DNA from: Patescibacteria group bacterium
Lineage (GTDB): Bacteria > Patescibacteriota > Patescibacteriia > Patescibacteriales > UBA12465
NCBI GenBank assembly: GCA_041658665.1
Contig: JBAZZR010000001.1
Location: 128,576 to 192,575 of the forward strand
Length of the DNA stretch: 64,000 nucleotides
Direction of reading: 5' to 3'
The position numbers and the translations under genes are program-made. The notes under the pieces were generated by a model. It saw only the letters and a list, made by a program, of their open reading frames with translations. It did not search any database and was not told the DNA's origin. Of this stretch, positions 10,591 through 21,212 are shown in pieces (position 1 is the first letter of the stretch; the number at the start of each line of letters is the position of its first letter).

Positions 10591-11536
10591 ATATTCGAAC
10601 TTAATAGTCTCAGGCTCTTTAGCCTATGACCAGATTATGGATTTCTCTGGTCTTTTTTCTAATCACATCCTGCCAGAGGCTATCCATAAATTAAATCTGA
10701 GTTTTATTCTCAATAATTTAAGGACCAGTTTTGGTGGCACCGCCGGTAATATTGCTTATAATTTAACTCTATTTAAAGAAAAACCGATCGTTTTAGGCAT
10801 AGTTGGTTCGGATTTTGTTCCTTATGCCCAGTGGCTCGAGAAACATGGGGTTAATTTGCATTATTTAGCTAAAGTGGCTAAAGTTCATAGTGCCGCCGCT
10901 TATATTATTACTGATCATAATGATAATCAGATTGCCGCTTTTTATCCCGGTCCAACTCGCTTAAATTATGGGCGGACTGTCGCTTTAAAATTTAAGAAAA
11001 ATGATTTAGCGATTATTGCTCCCGAAGATAAAAACCGGATGTTAGAATATGCCGCTATTTATCAGCAGAAAAAGCTTGATTATATTTTTGATCCCGGCCA
11101 AGCGTTAGGCGCCTTTTCCGCTTCGGAGCTCAAGAAAGCGATTCCGGGAGCGAAAATTTTAATCGGTAATGATTACGAAATCGAAGTTATTCTTAATAAA
11201 TTAAAAATTGATCAGGCGGCGCTTAGAAGAATGGTCGACATTTTAGTAATAACTAGAGGTGCTAGAGGTTCGGAAATTTATCAGGGAACTAAAAAAATAT
11301 TAGTTAAAGCCGCTCGGCCGAAAAATACGAGCGATCCGACCGGCGCCGGCGACGCTTATCGAGCGGGTTTTATTAAAGGTTTTATTCTCGACTTTGATTT
11401 AAAAATTTGTGGCCAAATCGCTTCTCTCGCCGCTGTCTATACGGTAGAAAAATTTGGGACGCAAACTCATAAATTTACGCTGGGGGCTTTTAGAAAAAGA
11501 TACCAGGAAAACTTTGGAGAGATTTTAAAAATTTAA
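10577..11536 (+). CDS. PfkB/ribokinase-family kinase, probably a nucleoside (adenosine) kinase
   Basis: GGTAGNIAYNL near the N-terminus and PfkB signature DPTGAGDAYRAGF near the C-terminus. It lies directly upstream of ahcY/metK, which suggests adenosine removal (inference). Confidence 0.75.
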   Translation: MRSNKYSNLIVSGSLAYDQIMDFSGLFSNHILPEAIHKLNLSFILNNLRTSFGGTAGNIAYNLTLFKEKPIVLGIVGSDFVPYAQWLEKHGVNLHYLAKVAKVHSAAAYIITDHNDNQIAAFYPGPTRLNYGRTVALKFKKNDLAIIAPEDKNRMLEYAAIYQQKKLDYIFDPGQALGAFSASELKKAIPGAKILIGNDYEIEVILNKLKIDQAALRRMVDILVITRGARGSEIYQGTKKILVKAARPKNTSDPTGAGDAYRAGFIKGFILDFDLKICGQIASLAAVYTVEKFGTQTHKFTLGAFRKRYQENFGEILKI

Positions 11537-11548
11537 TTTGTTAAAAAT

Positions 11549-12805
11549 ATGATAAGTCACGTTAAAGATTTAAAACTGGCGGCCTTAGGCGAGAAGCGTT
11601 TGGCTTGGGCCAGTCGGGATATGCCGGTTTTAAATATTATTAAGGAAAAATTTAAGAAAGCGGAGCCCTTTAAGGGAAAAAGAATTTCTGCCTGCATGCA
11701 CGTGACTGCGGAAACAGCTAATTTAATGTTAGCTTTAAAGGCCGGCGGCGCAGCCGTTACTTTAGTCGCTTCTAATCCTTTATCAACTCAAGACGATATC
11801 GCCGCGGCGCTCGTAAAAAATCATGGCTTAAAAGTAATGGCGATTAGAGGCGAGGATAATAAAACTTATTATACTCATCTTAATCAGGCTTTAAAAAATA
11901 AACCGCAAATAACGATGGATGACGGGGCGGATTTAATTTCGCTTTTACATAATCAATATAAAGAGCAAGCTCCAGATATTTTAGGCAGCCTGGAGGAAAC
12001 AACGACTGGTGTTCTTCGTCTCCGAGCTTTAGCGGCGGCCGGCAAATTATTATTGCCAGTCGTGGCTGTTAATGACGCTAAAACTAAGAATTTGTTTGAT
12101 AATCGCTACGGGACAGGGCAGTCGACTTTAGACGGTATTATTCGAGCGACAGGCATTTTAATTGCCGGCAAGAATATTGTTGTGGCCGGTTACGGCTGGT
12201 GCGGTCGCGGTTTTGCGACGCGGGCCAGAGGAATGGGCGCTAAAGTTATTGTGACGGAAGTTGATGAGATTAAAGCTTTAGAAGCGGCCATGGACGGTTT
12301 TAGCGTTATGACGATGAAAGAAGCGGCGAAGGTCGGCGATGTTTTTTGTACGATTACTGGCGATATTAAAGTTATTGATCAAAATCATTTTAAATTAATG
12401 AAGGACGGCGCTATGCTTTGTAATTCCGGACATTTTGATGTTGAGATAAATATTCCGGCTTTGAAAAAATTAGCCAGTCGGGTTAATTATCAAATTAATA
12501 ATAATGTTGATGAATATTTCGTGGGTAAAAAGAGGATTTATGTTTTAGGCGCGGGGCGTTTAATTAATTTAGCGGCCGCGGAAGGTCATCCTTCGAGCGT
12601 CATGGATATGAGTTTCGCGACTCAGGCTCTCGCCGCTCAGTACGTCGTAAAAAATGCCGGCCGCTTAAACGCCCAGGTTTATAATGTTCCGGAGAGTATC
12701 GAAAAACAAGTGGCGACTTTAAAGCTTAATTCTTTAGGGTTAAAAATAGATAAATTAACGAAAGAACAGGCGGCTTATTTAGCGTCTTGGGAACTAGGGA
12801 CTTAA
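11549..12805 (+). CDS. ahcY: Adenosylhomocysteinase (S-adenosyl-L-homocysteine hydrolase)
   Basis: 418 aa. [14 protein letters not shown] signature, NAD-binding [12 protein letters not shown], and a GHFDVEI motif. Confidence 0.92.
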   Translation: MISHVKDLKLAALGEKRLAWASRDMPVLNIIKEKFKKAEPFKGKRISACMHVTAETANLMLALKAGGAAVTLVASNPLSTQDDIAAALVKNHGLKVMAIRGEDNKTYYTHLNQALKNKPQITMDDGADLISLLHNQYKEQAPDILGSLEETTTGVLRLRALAAAGKLLLPVVAVNDAKTKNLFDNRYGTGQSTLDGIIRATGILIAGKNIVVAGYGWCGRGFATRARGMGAKVIVTEVDEIKALEAAMDGFSVMTMKEAAKVGDVFCTITGDIKVIDQNHFKLMKDGAMLCNSGHFDVEINIPALKKLASRVNYQINNNVDEYFVGKKRIYVLGAGRLINLAAAEGHPSSVMDMSFATQALAAQYVVKNAGRLNAQVYNVPESIEKQVATLKLNSLGLKIDKLTKEQAAYLASWELGT

Positions 12806-12869
12806 ATTTTATTTGATTGTTTTTATTAATTATTTCTATTAATCTCTGCTACCCGAGCGGAACAAAAAT

Positions 12870-14021
12870 ATGGATATTAAATTAATTACTTCTGAGTCAG
12901 TGACCGAGGGTCACCCAGATAAAGTTTGCGATCAAATCAGCGACGGTATTTTAGACGAGATGTTGAAGAAAGACCCTTTAAGCCACGCCGCGGTCGAATG
13001 TTTCGTCACTAACGGTTTAGTCGTTGTCGGCGGCGAAGTTAGGACTAATTGTTATGTGCAAGTTGATGATTTAGTGCGCAAGATTTTGAAGAATATCGGT
13101 TATAATGGAGCGGAATCGGGTTTTGATTGTGATAGCGTCGGAATCGTTTCTGCCTTGCATGCGCAGAGCGCGGAAATCGCTCAAGGCGTCGATGAAGGGG
13201 CAGGTGATTATAAAGAACAGGGGGCTGGTGATCAGGGGCTAATGTACGGGTTCGCCACTAAAGAAACTAAAGAGCTTATGCCCTTACCAATCGTTTTAGC
13301 GCATAAATTAACCGCGCGTTTAGCGGCGGTTCGCCATAAAAAAATATTACCTTACTTAAAACCGGACGGTAAAAGTCAGGTAACGGTCGAGTATCGTGAT
13401 GGCGTTGCTACAAGGGTAGAGACAGTGGTTATTGCCGCCTGTCATAGCGAGCAAATAAAATTAACCAAGGTTCGAGCGGATATTTTAAATAAAGTAATTA
13501 AACCAGTTTTGGGTCGGCTACTTGATAAGAAAACTAAAGTTTATATTAATTCTACCGGCGCCTTTACTTACGGCGGACCGGCCGCCGATACCGGCTTAAC
13601 CGGTCGGAAGATTATTGTCGATACTTATGGCGGCGTCGCTCGTCATGGCGGCGGCTGTTTTTCTGGTAAAGACGCTTCTAAAGTCGACCGTAGCGGCGCC
13701 TATATGGCTCGTTATGTCGCTAAAAACGTCGTGGCGGCGGGATTAGCCGATAAATGCGAATTGCAAGTCGCTTACGCGATTGGCGTCGCCAAACCAGTTG
13801 GGATTTATATTAATACTTATGGCACTAATAAATTTTCTGAAGATAAAATATTAAGAGCAATTGAGAAAATTTTCGATTTCCGACCGAAAGCGATAATCGA
13901 CCAATTAGGTTTGAAAAAACCGATCTTCTTAAAGACCGCCGCTTATGGTCATTTCGGTCGAGCGGAGTTTTCTTGGGAAAAAACGGATAAAGTAGCGGTT
14001 CTGAAAAAAGCCGTTAAATAG
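12870..14021 (+). CDS. metK: S-adenosylmethionine synthetase
   Basis: 383 aa. GHPDKVCDQISD, GAGDQGLMYGFA and GGGCFSGKD signatures. Confidence 0.95.
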   Translation: MDIKLITSESVTEGHPDKVCDQISDGILDEMLKKDPLSHAAVECFVTNGLVVVGGEVRTNCYVQVDDLVRKILKNIGYNGAESGFDCDSVGIVSALHAQSAEIAQGVDEGAGDYKEQGAGDQGLMYGFATKETKELMPLPIVLAHKLTARLAAVRHKKILPYLKPDGKSQVTVEYRDGVATRVETVVIAACHSEQIKLTKVRADILNKVIKPVLGRLLDKKTKVYINSTGAFTYGGPAADTGLTGRKIIVDTYGGVARHGGGCFSGKDASKVDRSGAYMARYVAKNVVAAGLADKCELQVAYAIGVAKPVGIYINTYGTNKFSEDKILRAIEKIFDFRPKAIIDQLGLKKPIFLKTAAYGHFGRAEFSWEKTDKVAVLKKAVK

Positions 14022-14077
14022 GCCAGGAGTAAAAAGTGATTTTATCTTGATAATTCAAAATTAAAGCAAATTGGATA

Positions 14078-15631
14078 ATGATTATCAGGCTAAGAAATAA
14101 ACTAATGGCTAGTACTCAAAAGACGCAGAAAGTAATTAATAACTCTCTAAAAAAAGATTGGTTTTTTTTGACGGAACGGCCAGATATGCCACCTTTGCCA
14201 GTCTGGTATAAAATAAAAAATAGTGCTCTCAGCCAGCTAAATAAAGAAATTTATGGAATCGGCGTACCGTGGGCCTGTTTTTGGCATGATAATAAAGTTG
14301 AACATTACCTACATAGTCGGGAATATCGTTTCGCTATCCAACGAGCGTCCAGGATTCTTTATTCTCAGAAAAATTTAAGCGAATATTTAGTACGGTTGGA
14401 GCAATCATGTGCGCAAGTAAAAATCGCCGCGGAAAATTTTAATAAGCTGTCTGGGCGGAAATTTGATAATCAGCAGCTATTTGATAGGTATGACCAGGTG
14501 GTCGATAAATATATCATATCTTATATTTATGGTTTTTTAACTTGGTGTACCCGAGCTTTGGAGTATGATGCTAAAACGGCGATAGATAAATACGCCGAAG
14601 CTTTAAACAAGCTAGACGTCTCTTCGGACCAGGCTTTGAGCATTTTAATTGTCCCGAGCGAATTAACTCTCTATCAGAAAAAAGATAAGGAGTTGAGTAA
14701 GTTAGCTAAAGATTACCGACGCCTTCTGGATAAGCCGTCTAGCGAGAAATATATCCGTCACCATCACCCAGATTTATATGCCGCGATAAAGAATTTTATT
14801 AATAAATATTATTGGGTGGGTTTTAATTACGACGGCCCGGCTTTAAATTTTTCTACGGCGGTCAAAGAATTGTGGCAAACTCATCCTAAAGTTATTTCTC
14901 GCGTAATTACCAAGTCGGATATTTACCGCGTCTGCCATTTCACTGAAAAAGAAAAACAGTTTTTTCGGGCCTTAGAAATAATTTCTTATACTAAGGATTT
15001 ACGTAACGTCACTGATGATTATGTTCATTATTGTTTTAGCAATTTTTATCAGGAAGTCGCTAGAAGGACGGGTTTAACTAAGTCAGAAATCAAATTTCTC
15101 TGGGACGAAGAACTAAAAGAATTATTAATCGGAAAAATTAAAATTACTCACGGATATTTAAAAAAGAAACGAAAATTTTGCGCGGCAATCGCCAAGTCTA
15201 AAGCGGTAGGTTTAAAGCAATATTATCTTGGTGATCAGGCCCAGACTTGTTATAAGAATGTTTTAAAAAATAGCAATAAATCATTAAAAATTTTTTCCGC
15301 TTCGGTTATTAATGGTACCATCGCCGCTTCGGGACGCGCTACCGGAAAAGTTAAAATTATCCGTTCGGTTATTGATATTAATAAGGTTAAGAAAGGCGAT
15401 ATTTTAGTAACCAGCATGACCAGCCCGAAGTATATGCCCGCTATTTTTAACGCCGCCGCTCTAATTACTGATGATGGCGGTTTGACTTGCCACGCGGCAA
15501 TTATTGCTAGAGAAATAAGGAAACCTTGTATTATTGGCACGAAGATAGCGACTAGTGTTTTAAAAGATGGGGATTTAGTAGAAGTAAACGCCGAAGAAGG
15601 CGTAATTACTATTATTAAGAGAGGAAAATAG
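14078..15631 (+). CDS. Swivel phosphohistidine (PEP-utilizer mobile domain) protein, paralog 1 of 8
   Basis: C-terminus: KKGDILVTSMTSPKYMPAI...DDGGLTCHAAIIAREIRKPCIIGT...DGDLVEVNA. N-domain anchors KKDWFF, KYYWVGFNYDGP, TKDLRN. An alternative start is M10 (14105). Confidence 0.85.
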   Translation: MIIRLRNKLMASTQKTQKVINNSLKKDWFFLTERPDMPPLPVWYKIKNSALSQLNKEIYGIGVPWACFWHDNKVEHYLHSREYRFAIQRASRILYSQKNLSEYLVRLEQSCAQVKIAAENFNKLSGRKFDNQQLFDRYDQVVDKYIISYIYGFLTWCTRALEYDAKTAIDKYAEALNKLDVSSDQALSILIVPSELTLYQKKDKELSKLAKDYRRLLDKPSSEKYIRHHHPDLYAAIKNFINKYYWVGFNYDGPALNFSTAVKELWQTHPKVISRVITKSDIYRVCHFTEKEKQFFRALEIISYTKDLRNVTDDYVHYCFSNFYQEVARRTGLTKSEIKFLWDEELKELLIGKIKITHGYLKKKRKFCAAIAKSKAVGLKQYYLGDQAQTCYKNVLKNSNKSLKIFSASVINGTIAASGRATGKVKIIRSVIDINKVKKGDILVTSMTSPKYMPAIFNAAALITDDGGLTCHAAIIAREIRKPCIIGTKIATSVLKDGDLVEVNAEEGVITIIKRGK

Positions 15632-15642
15632 TTTAATACCTT

Positions 15643-16056
15643 ATGCGTGTCATGGTTTTTGGGACATTTGATAATTTACATCTCGGCCATTTAAATTATT
15701 TTGAACAGGCCTGGCGTTTTGGTGAGGAATTAATAGTTATAGTTGCGCGCGATCGGAATGTCTTAAAAGTTAAAGGACATTTGCCACAAGAAAGGGAAAA
15801 AATTCGTGTTCGTACTATCAGGATGGTTTTACGAAAGTCGGAAGAAAAGGCTCGGGTGGTTTTAGGGGGACTAACTAATCAGTGGCTAGTTTTAAAAAAA
15901 TATCGTCCGGAAGTAATAGCTTTAGGCTATGATCAATTAGTTGATTTAGATAAACTAAAAAGCGAAATTAAAAAATTTCGTCTTTTTTGTAAGATTAAAA
16001 GGTTAAAACCTTATTATCCAGAGAAATATAAGTCAAGTTTGCAGAGAAATAATTAA
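15643..16056 (+). CDS. Cytidylyltransferase-superfamily nucleotidyltransferase, RibL-like (FMN adenylyltransferase-like)
   Basis: 137 aa. The N-terminal GTFDNLHLGHLNYF (T/HxGH nucleotidyltransferase motif) followed by ELIVIVARDRNV closely resembles archaeal RibL-type enzymes. Confidence 0.65.
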   Translation: MRVMVFGTFDNLHLGHLNYFEQAWRFGEELIVIVARDRNVLKVKGHLPQEREKIRVRTIRMVLRKSEEKARVVLGGLTNQWLVLKKYRPEVIALGYDQLVDLDKLKSEIKKFRLFCKIKRLKPYYPEKYKSSLQRNN

Positions 16057-16063
16057 GATAATT

Positions 16064-17491
16064 ATGAAATGGTATCCTTGGGTCAGAGGAACAATCCATC
16101 CTCATCGCGCCGATATAATTATGCGCGGTTTAGCCGAGGCAAAACTGCCTGGTTTTAAGACTGTCCGCGCTTTGTATATTAATAATCAGGGGAATTTGTG
16201 GTGGTCCTGGCATCGTCAAGATTTTTTAGAGCTCGGCGAGAAATTAAAAATTGTTTTGAGCTCGACCGCTCGAGCCAGTAAACATTTTAAAATATTCGAT
16301 AAATATTCGGCGGCGGCTTTTACGGAGGCGGAGTTGATCAGGAATAAGGACTTAACACGTTTAAGTAATAGAGAAATAATTAAGTTATACGATCAACTTT
16401 TTTTTGCCGCTTATCCGGTTAATATTATCTTAGCCGTCGATATTGATGCTTTTGATACTTTACTAGAAGATTTTTTGCATGAAAAAATTTTTGGAGAGTT
16501 GGTTGGCCGTTGTTCTTTGCCGGCCGCCGAAAAAATATATAGAATTTTGGCCGCCACGACTTATCGGACGTATGTTAATCGGCAAGAAGCCAAGATTATG
16601 GAGCTCGCTTTTAAAAAAGACTATTCTAACCGAGCAGTTCAGAGATTGTGGAACGAATTTTGGTGGACTAATTTAGGTTGGGAAAATATGCAACCGCACT
16701 CCTTAAATTATTTTAAAAATTTAATAAGACGGCGAAGTCGAGAAAAAGGCCTGGCTCAGAAAATAACTTTTTTAAAAAATCTTACCCGGCGCAACAAACA
16801 AACACGTTCGGTCTATTTTAAAAAATTAAATTTATCTCCTCGCCTTGAACATTGGTTAGATATTCTTGATCGTTATGTTTATTATCATGATTTAAGGAAG
16901 GAGCTGCAGTGCCGTACTCTTTATGCTTTTCATTTATTAATGTCTGAAGTTGCTAAGCGGCTGAGAGCCAGGCCCGAAGATTTACAGTGGCTTTGGCATC
17001 ATGAAATTAAGGCTTTATTAAATGGTCAGCAAATAGATTGCGGAGAAATTAAGCGTCGGAAAAATTGGGTAGCGGCAATCTCTTGGTCGCCACGCCTGAC
17101 TTTTTATAGTGGTTTAGCGGCTAAGAGAATTAAAGATAGAGAATTGCCGGTTAAAAAAGAATTTGGACAGGAACTCAAAGGATTAGGCGTTACAGCCGGC
17201 TTGGTTAGGGGGAGAGTTAAGGTCTGTGTCGGCGTTATTGAAGCTTTAGGGAAGATTAAAAAGGGCGATATTTTAGTGACTAATATGACCACGCCGGATT
17301 ATGTGCCGATAATGAAAAAAGCGGCCGCAATCATTACTGTTCAAGGCGGCATTACTTGTCATGCGGCGATTATCGCCCGAGAGCTAAGAATACCTTGTAT
17401 CGTTGGTATGAAAATTGCTACTCAAATTTTGAAAGATGGAGACTTGGTAGAAGTTGATGCCGAGAAAGGAATAGTTAAAATTATTAAATAA
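16064..17491 (+). CDS. Swivel phosphohistidine domain protein, paralog 2 of 8
   Basis: C-terminus: KKGDILVTNMTTPDYVPIM...VQGGITCHAAIIARELRIPCIVGM...DGDLVEVDA. Anchors MKWYPW, FWWTNLGWEN, HDLRKE. Confidence 0.85.
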   Translation: MKWYPWVRGTIHPHRADIIMRGLAEAKLPGFKTVRALYINNQGNLWWSWHRQDFLELGEKLKIVLSSTARASKHFKIFDKYSAAAFTEAELIRNKDLTRLSNREIIKLYDQLFFAAYPVNIILAVDIDAFDTLLEDFLHEKIFGELVGRCSLPAAEKIYRILAATTYRTYVNRQEAKIMELAFKKDYSNRAVQRLWNEFWWTNLGWENMQPHSLNYFKNLIRRRSREKGLAQKITFLKNLTRRNKQTRSVYFKKLNLSPRLEHWLDILDRYVYYHDLRKELQCRTLYAFHLLMSEVAKRLRARPEDLQWLWHHEIKALLNGQQIDCGEIKRRKNWVAAISWSPRLTFYSGLAAKRIKDRELPVKKEFGQELKGLGVTAGLVRGRVKVCVGVIEALGKIKKGDILVTNMTTPDYVPIMKKAAAIITVQGGITCHAAIIARELRIPCIVGMKIATQILKDGDLVEVDAEKGIVKIIK

Positions 17492-17495
17492 ACAT

Positions 17496-19022
17496 ATGGC
17501 TAAATATCAAACCGGGCTAATTGCTAAAAATATAAAATTATTAAAAAGGAAGCAGTGGTATAATCAGCGTTTTGACGGGTGCTTAAATTTAATTTGGATG
17601 ATCGCTGAATTACAGATCAAGGCGGAAAAGCGCAAGATGGTTGGCGGAAATTGTACTTCCCATTTTTGTATTTTTGAAGGCCAAAAGACAGATTGGTATA
17701 TGGATTGGGCCGATATCAAACGGATAACTAACATTTTTATTAAAAAATCAACGGCCGACGATTCTTTGGGTAAGAAGTTGATTAAGCGCTGGTCGGCTGA
17801 TGACAGGGAGTTGATGAAATTTTTTGCCGAACTAGACCATATTAACTTAACTAAAGTAAGCACTAAAGAATTAGAAAAATTATATTCCGGTCTGACTGAT
17901 CGCTATCAGAAGGCGATCAGTTATTCTTCGTTGATTGATGGTTTTGCACTCGGTAGCGATGAGATCATCCAGATCGCGGTCAATAAGTTATTGGATCAGC
18001 GGGGAATTAAGCAAGGCCGGGGAGTAATCTTTTCCGCTCTTACCGCTTCGGTTCATCAATCATTCATCAATCAAGCGGAGATTTCTTTATTAGCCATCGC
18101 CTTACGGATCAAAAAATTTAATACTTTGTCGATTGCTTTGAAAGATCAGGCCATCAAGAAATTATTAGCCGTCCATGCCGCCCGTTATTATTGGACTAAG
18201 AATAATTATTTTGATCGTTATGTCTTGACCACTACCTATTTTATCAAAGAGTTAAAAAGCATCTTGCGCGGCTCTGTAAATTTGCGTCGGGAAATAGCTC
18301 GGGTAAAAAATATGCCGCTCGCTAATCAAAGGGCAAAACAAAAATTAATAAAAGAATTAGCGCCTAGTCGTTCTTTGCGTAATCTATTAGATGTTTCCTC
18401 GGATTTTACTTTTTGGCAGGATGAGCGTAAGAAAAGGACGGTCTTGTTTACTAATTATGCCTTCGGTTTTTTACAGGAGATCAGTCAACGTTTCAAGATT
18501 CCCTTGGCGGAAGTTAAATGCCTGTCACAAGGAGAAGCTAGCGCCCTGTTGGCGAATGGCAAGATTGATCGCGTCGAAATCAGTAAGCGCGTCGGTAAGT
18601 CATTTATTTATCAAAAAGGGGATTGTTATGAAATTTTGTCTGGAGCGCGGGCTGAAAAAGTTATCAACGCAATATTCAAGTATCAGGATCAGTCCCATAT
18701 CCAGGATTTCCGCGGTTTGACCGCTTCTGCCGGTAAGGTACGGGGGAGAGCTAAGATAGTGACTAGTGTTAAAGAAATTGATAAAGTTAAAGCAGGGGAT
18801 ATCATGGTCGCGGTCATGACCCGGCCGGACTATATCATGGGCATTAAAAAGGCCGCTGCGATCGTGACCGATGAAGGAGGGGTTACCTGTCATGCCGCTA
18901 TTATTAGCCGAGAATTAGGCATACCCTGTATTATCGGGACGAAAATTGGGACTAAAATCCTTAAAGACGGGGATCTTATAGAAGTTAACGCTAACCATGG
19001 CTGGGTTAGGAAGATAAAATAA
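17496..19022 (+). CDS. Swivel phosphohistidine domain protein, paralog 3 of 8
   Basis: C-terminus: KAGDIMVAVMTRPDYIMGI...DEGGVTCHAAIISRELGIPCIIGT...DGDLIEVNA. Anchors KQWYNQ, RYYWTKNNY, FWQDERK. Only a 4-nt gap from paralog 2. Confidence 0.85.
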   Translation: MAKYQTGLIAKNIKLLKRKQWYNQRFDGCLNLIWMIAELQIKAEKRKMVGGNCTSHFCIFEGQKTDWYMDWADIKRITNIFIKKSTADDSLGKKLIKRWSADDRELMKFFAELDHINLTKVSTKELEKLYSGLTDRYQKAISYSSLIDGFALGSDEIIQIAVNKLLDQRGIKQGRGVIFSALTASVHQSFINQAEISLLAIALRIKKFNTLSIALKDQAIKKLLAVHAARYYWTKNNYFDRYVLTTTYFIKELKSILRGSVNLRREIARVKNMPLANQRAKQKLIKELAPSRSLRNLLDVSSDFTFWQDERKKRTVLFTNYAFGFLQEISQRFKIPLAEVKCLSQGEASALLANGKIDRVEISKRVGKSFIYQKGDCYEILSGARAEKVINAIFKYQDQSHIQDFRGLTASAGKVRGRAKIVTSVKEIDKVKAGDIMVAVMTRPDYIMGIKKAAAIVTDEGGVTCHAAIISRELGIPCIIGTKIGTKILKDGDLIEVNANHGWVRKIK

Positions 19023-19025
19023 ATT

Positions 19026-19700
19026 ATGTTGAAAGAACAATCTAAGAAAAAAATAATAATAAAACAGAGCGCATTATATGTTTGGGATTTGGCCAATACC
19101 TTGTTCCAGGAAGTTTGGAATAAAGAGAGAAGTGGTTTTGCTTCTTATAGCGATTGGTTACAGAATAAATTAGGCAAGACACTGGACCAAATTAGTCCCT
19201 GGGAATATGAGAATAATTATAAAATACCTTATTGTGCCGGTTGGTATTTTAATCTCGATATCAAACCAGGTTTTCGGCAGACTTTAGCTTGGACTAAAAA
19301 TAATGAAACATTTAGTACGGGAAACCAAGCGCAAATGACTTGGCGCGGTCGATATCTGAATAAAAAGTATAATTTTAAATTAAGTAAATATTTTAAAAAA
19401 TTGAACTCTACCTTTGATTACGGTGACGCTAACGTTAAAAGTATAGCCATGTTTAAATCTTATTTAAAAGATAAATATCGAGCAGGATATCAAACAATAG
19501 TTTATAGTGATGATAAACTAAGTAATCTCCAATTTTTTAAAGAAGCGGTCGATAAATATCAGAAGATTTTACCAGCCCTGGATCTCCGTTTATATTATGT
19601 TTTAAATAAGAGTCAGGGGATCAAGGATAAAAAGTGGTATTTCAGTGTCGGTACTTTACATGATTTATTAAAAAATGAAAAAAAATTAAAAAATAATTAA
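19026..19700 (+). CDS. Hypothetical protein, possibly HAD-like fold
   Basis: 224 aa. Candidate HAD motifs: I YVWDLANTLF (a D-x-A-x-T variant, comparable to the YihX-type DLGNV), II TFSTGN, IV VYSDDK. The assignment is weak. Confidence 0.4.
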   Translation: MLKEQSKKKIIIKQSALYVWDLANTLFQEVWNKERSGFASYSDWLQNKLGKTLDQISPWEYENNYKIPYCAGWYFNLDIKPGFRQTLAWTKNNETFSTGNQAQMTWRGRYLNKKYNFKLSKYFKKLNSTFDYGDANVKSIAMFKSYLKDKYRAGYQTIVYSDDKLSNLQFFKEAVDKYQKILPALDLRLYYVLNKSQGIKDKKWYFSVGTLHDLLKNEKKLKNN

Positions 19701-19715
19701 TTAATCAATAAATTT

Positions 19716-21212
19716 ATGTCAGCCGTTGCACATTTTGGCAAATGGCGGATAAAACCGTCGGGTCAACTTACCATTTTTATACGTTTCATGATAAATTCTT
19801 CATTTACTGAAGAAACCGCGAGAAAATCAAAAATAAAAACTGTTTTAAAGAACCGGACCTATTTAAATCACATGATGTATTGGAAGGCGACGGAATATAA
19901 TAAATTTGAAAATGAGATAATCGGTCATTTAAAAAAGAATGATGGTTGGTTTGAGGATTATTATAAGAGGGAATTAGCCAAAGCCGAAAAACTTTATAAA
20001 AAAGGTTCAGAATTTCAGAAAACTGATTGGCGCGGGAAACGCTCGGAAGAAATTAAAGTGATTTTACAGAATTTATTAGCCGAATATCGCGATATTACTT
20101 GTCCCTGGTATGTCCAATATCCTCTAGACGAATATTTTGAAAAAACTATTGAGCAGGAATTAGAAAAATATCTTTCTCCGGCGGATCATAACTTTAGAAA
20201 TTACGTCTTGATTTTTACCGATCCGATGGCGGCGACAGAAGTTAGCCAGGAAAGATTAAATTTAACTTTATTATTAAAAAAATTTATTGTCCGGAAAGAA
20301 GATTTGAATAAATTATCAGTCGCGGCGAAAGATGATATTAATAAGCATTTAGATAAGTTCGCTTATATCAATCGGGGTCTAGCGACTAGTAAGCCTTATA
20401 ATTTTCGCGATATTCTTAATCGGTTGAAAGAAATGAAAAAATTAGTTAAAGAAGGCCAGCCTGTTAAGGGCATGATTTATAATGCTTCGGAAAAAAAGAT
20501 AAAAGATGATTATCTGAGCGCTCTGAAACGGATTAAGCCCAATCGTAAATTTAAGGTGATAATAGAGAAGGCGCGTCGGCATTCTTATATGCGTAATCGT
20601 CGCGTGGAGGCTTTTATTAAAGCCGATTATGGCGCAAGCTTCATGTACGCAGAAATCGCCAGGCGAGGAAATTTCAACCCCGATTGGATTATGGACGTTA
20701 CAACCGAAGAAATGTTTGGCGCTCTTAGCGGTCAAAAACTTCCTAATAAGCTAGAAATGAAAAAAAGATTTACTAATTATGCGATGGTTGTTAAAAACGC
20801 TAAGACCAAGTTGATCTCCGATCCCAAAGCTATAAAAAAATTAGAAAAAGAATATTTTGTGGATACTATTTCAGCGGAAGAAATAACCGGACGAGTAGCT
20901 TGTATGGGCGGGATTATACAAGGGCGAGCTAAGATTTGTCTGGATAAAAAAGAAATCGGGAAAGTTAAAAAGGGCGATATTTTGGTGGCTCAATTTACTA
21001 CCCCGGATTTTGTGCCGGCGATGGAGCGAGCGGTAGCGATAATTGCCGACCAGGGCGGAGTTTCTTCGCACGCCGCCATAGTTTCGCGGGAATTAGGCGT
21101 CCCCTGCGTTATCGATACTAAGAACGCTACGCGAATCATCAAAGACAACGACCTCGTGGAAGTTAATGCCAAGACCGGATTAATCAAAATTTTGAAAAGA
21201 TATGGAAAATAA
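19716..21212 (+). CDS. Swivel phosphohistidine domain protein, paralog 4 of 8 (most divergent N-domain)
   Basis: C-terminus: KKGDILVAQFTTPDFVPAM...DQGGVSSHAAIVSRELGVPCVIDT...DNDLVEVNA. The anchors are degenerate (FAYINRGL, SYMRNRR). A possible later start is M25 (19788). Confidence 0.8.
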   Translation: MSAVAHFGKWRIKPSGQLTIFIRFMINSSFTEETARKSKIKTVLKNRTYLNHMMYWKATEYNKFENEIIGHLKKNDGWFEDYYKRELAKAEKLYKKGSEFQKTDWRGKRSEEIKVILQNLLAEYRDITCPWYVQYPLDEYFEKTIEQELEKYLSPADHNFRNYVLIFTDPMAATEVSQERLNLTLLLKKFIVRKEDLNKLSVAAKDDINKHLDKFAYINRGLATSKPYNFRDILNRLKEMKKLVKEGQPVKGMIYNASEKKIKDDYLSALKRIKPNRKFKVIIEKARRHSYMRNRRVEAFIKADYGASFMYAEIARRGNFNPDWIMDVTTEEMFGALSGQKLPNKLEMKKRFTNYAMVVKNAKTKLISDPKAIKKLEKEYFVDTISAEEITGRVACMGGIIQGRAKICLDKKEIGKVKKGDILVAQFTTPDFVPAMERAVAIIADQGGVSSHAAIVSRELGVPCVIDTKNATRIIKDNDLVEVNAKTGLIKILKRYGK

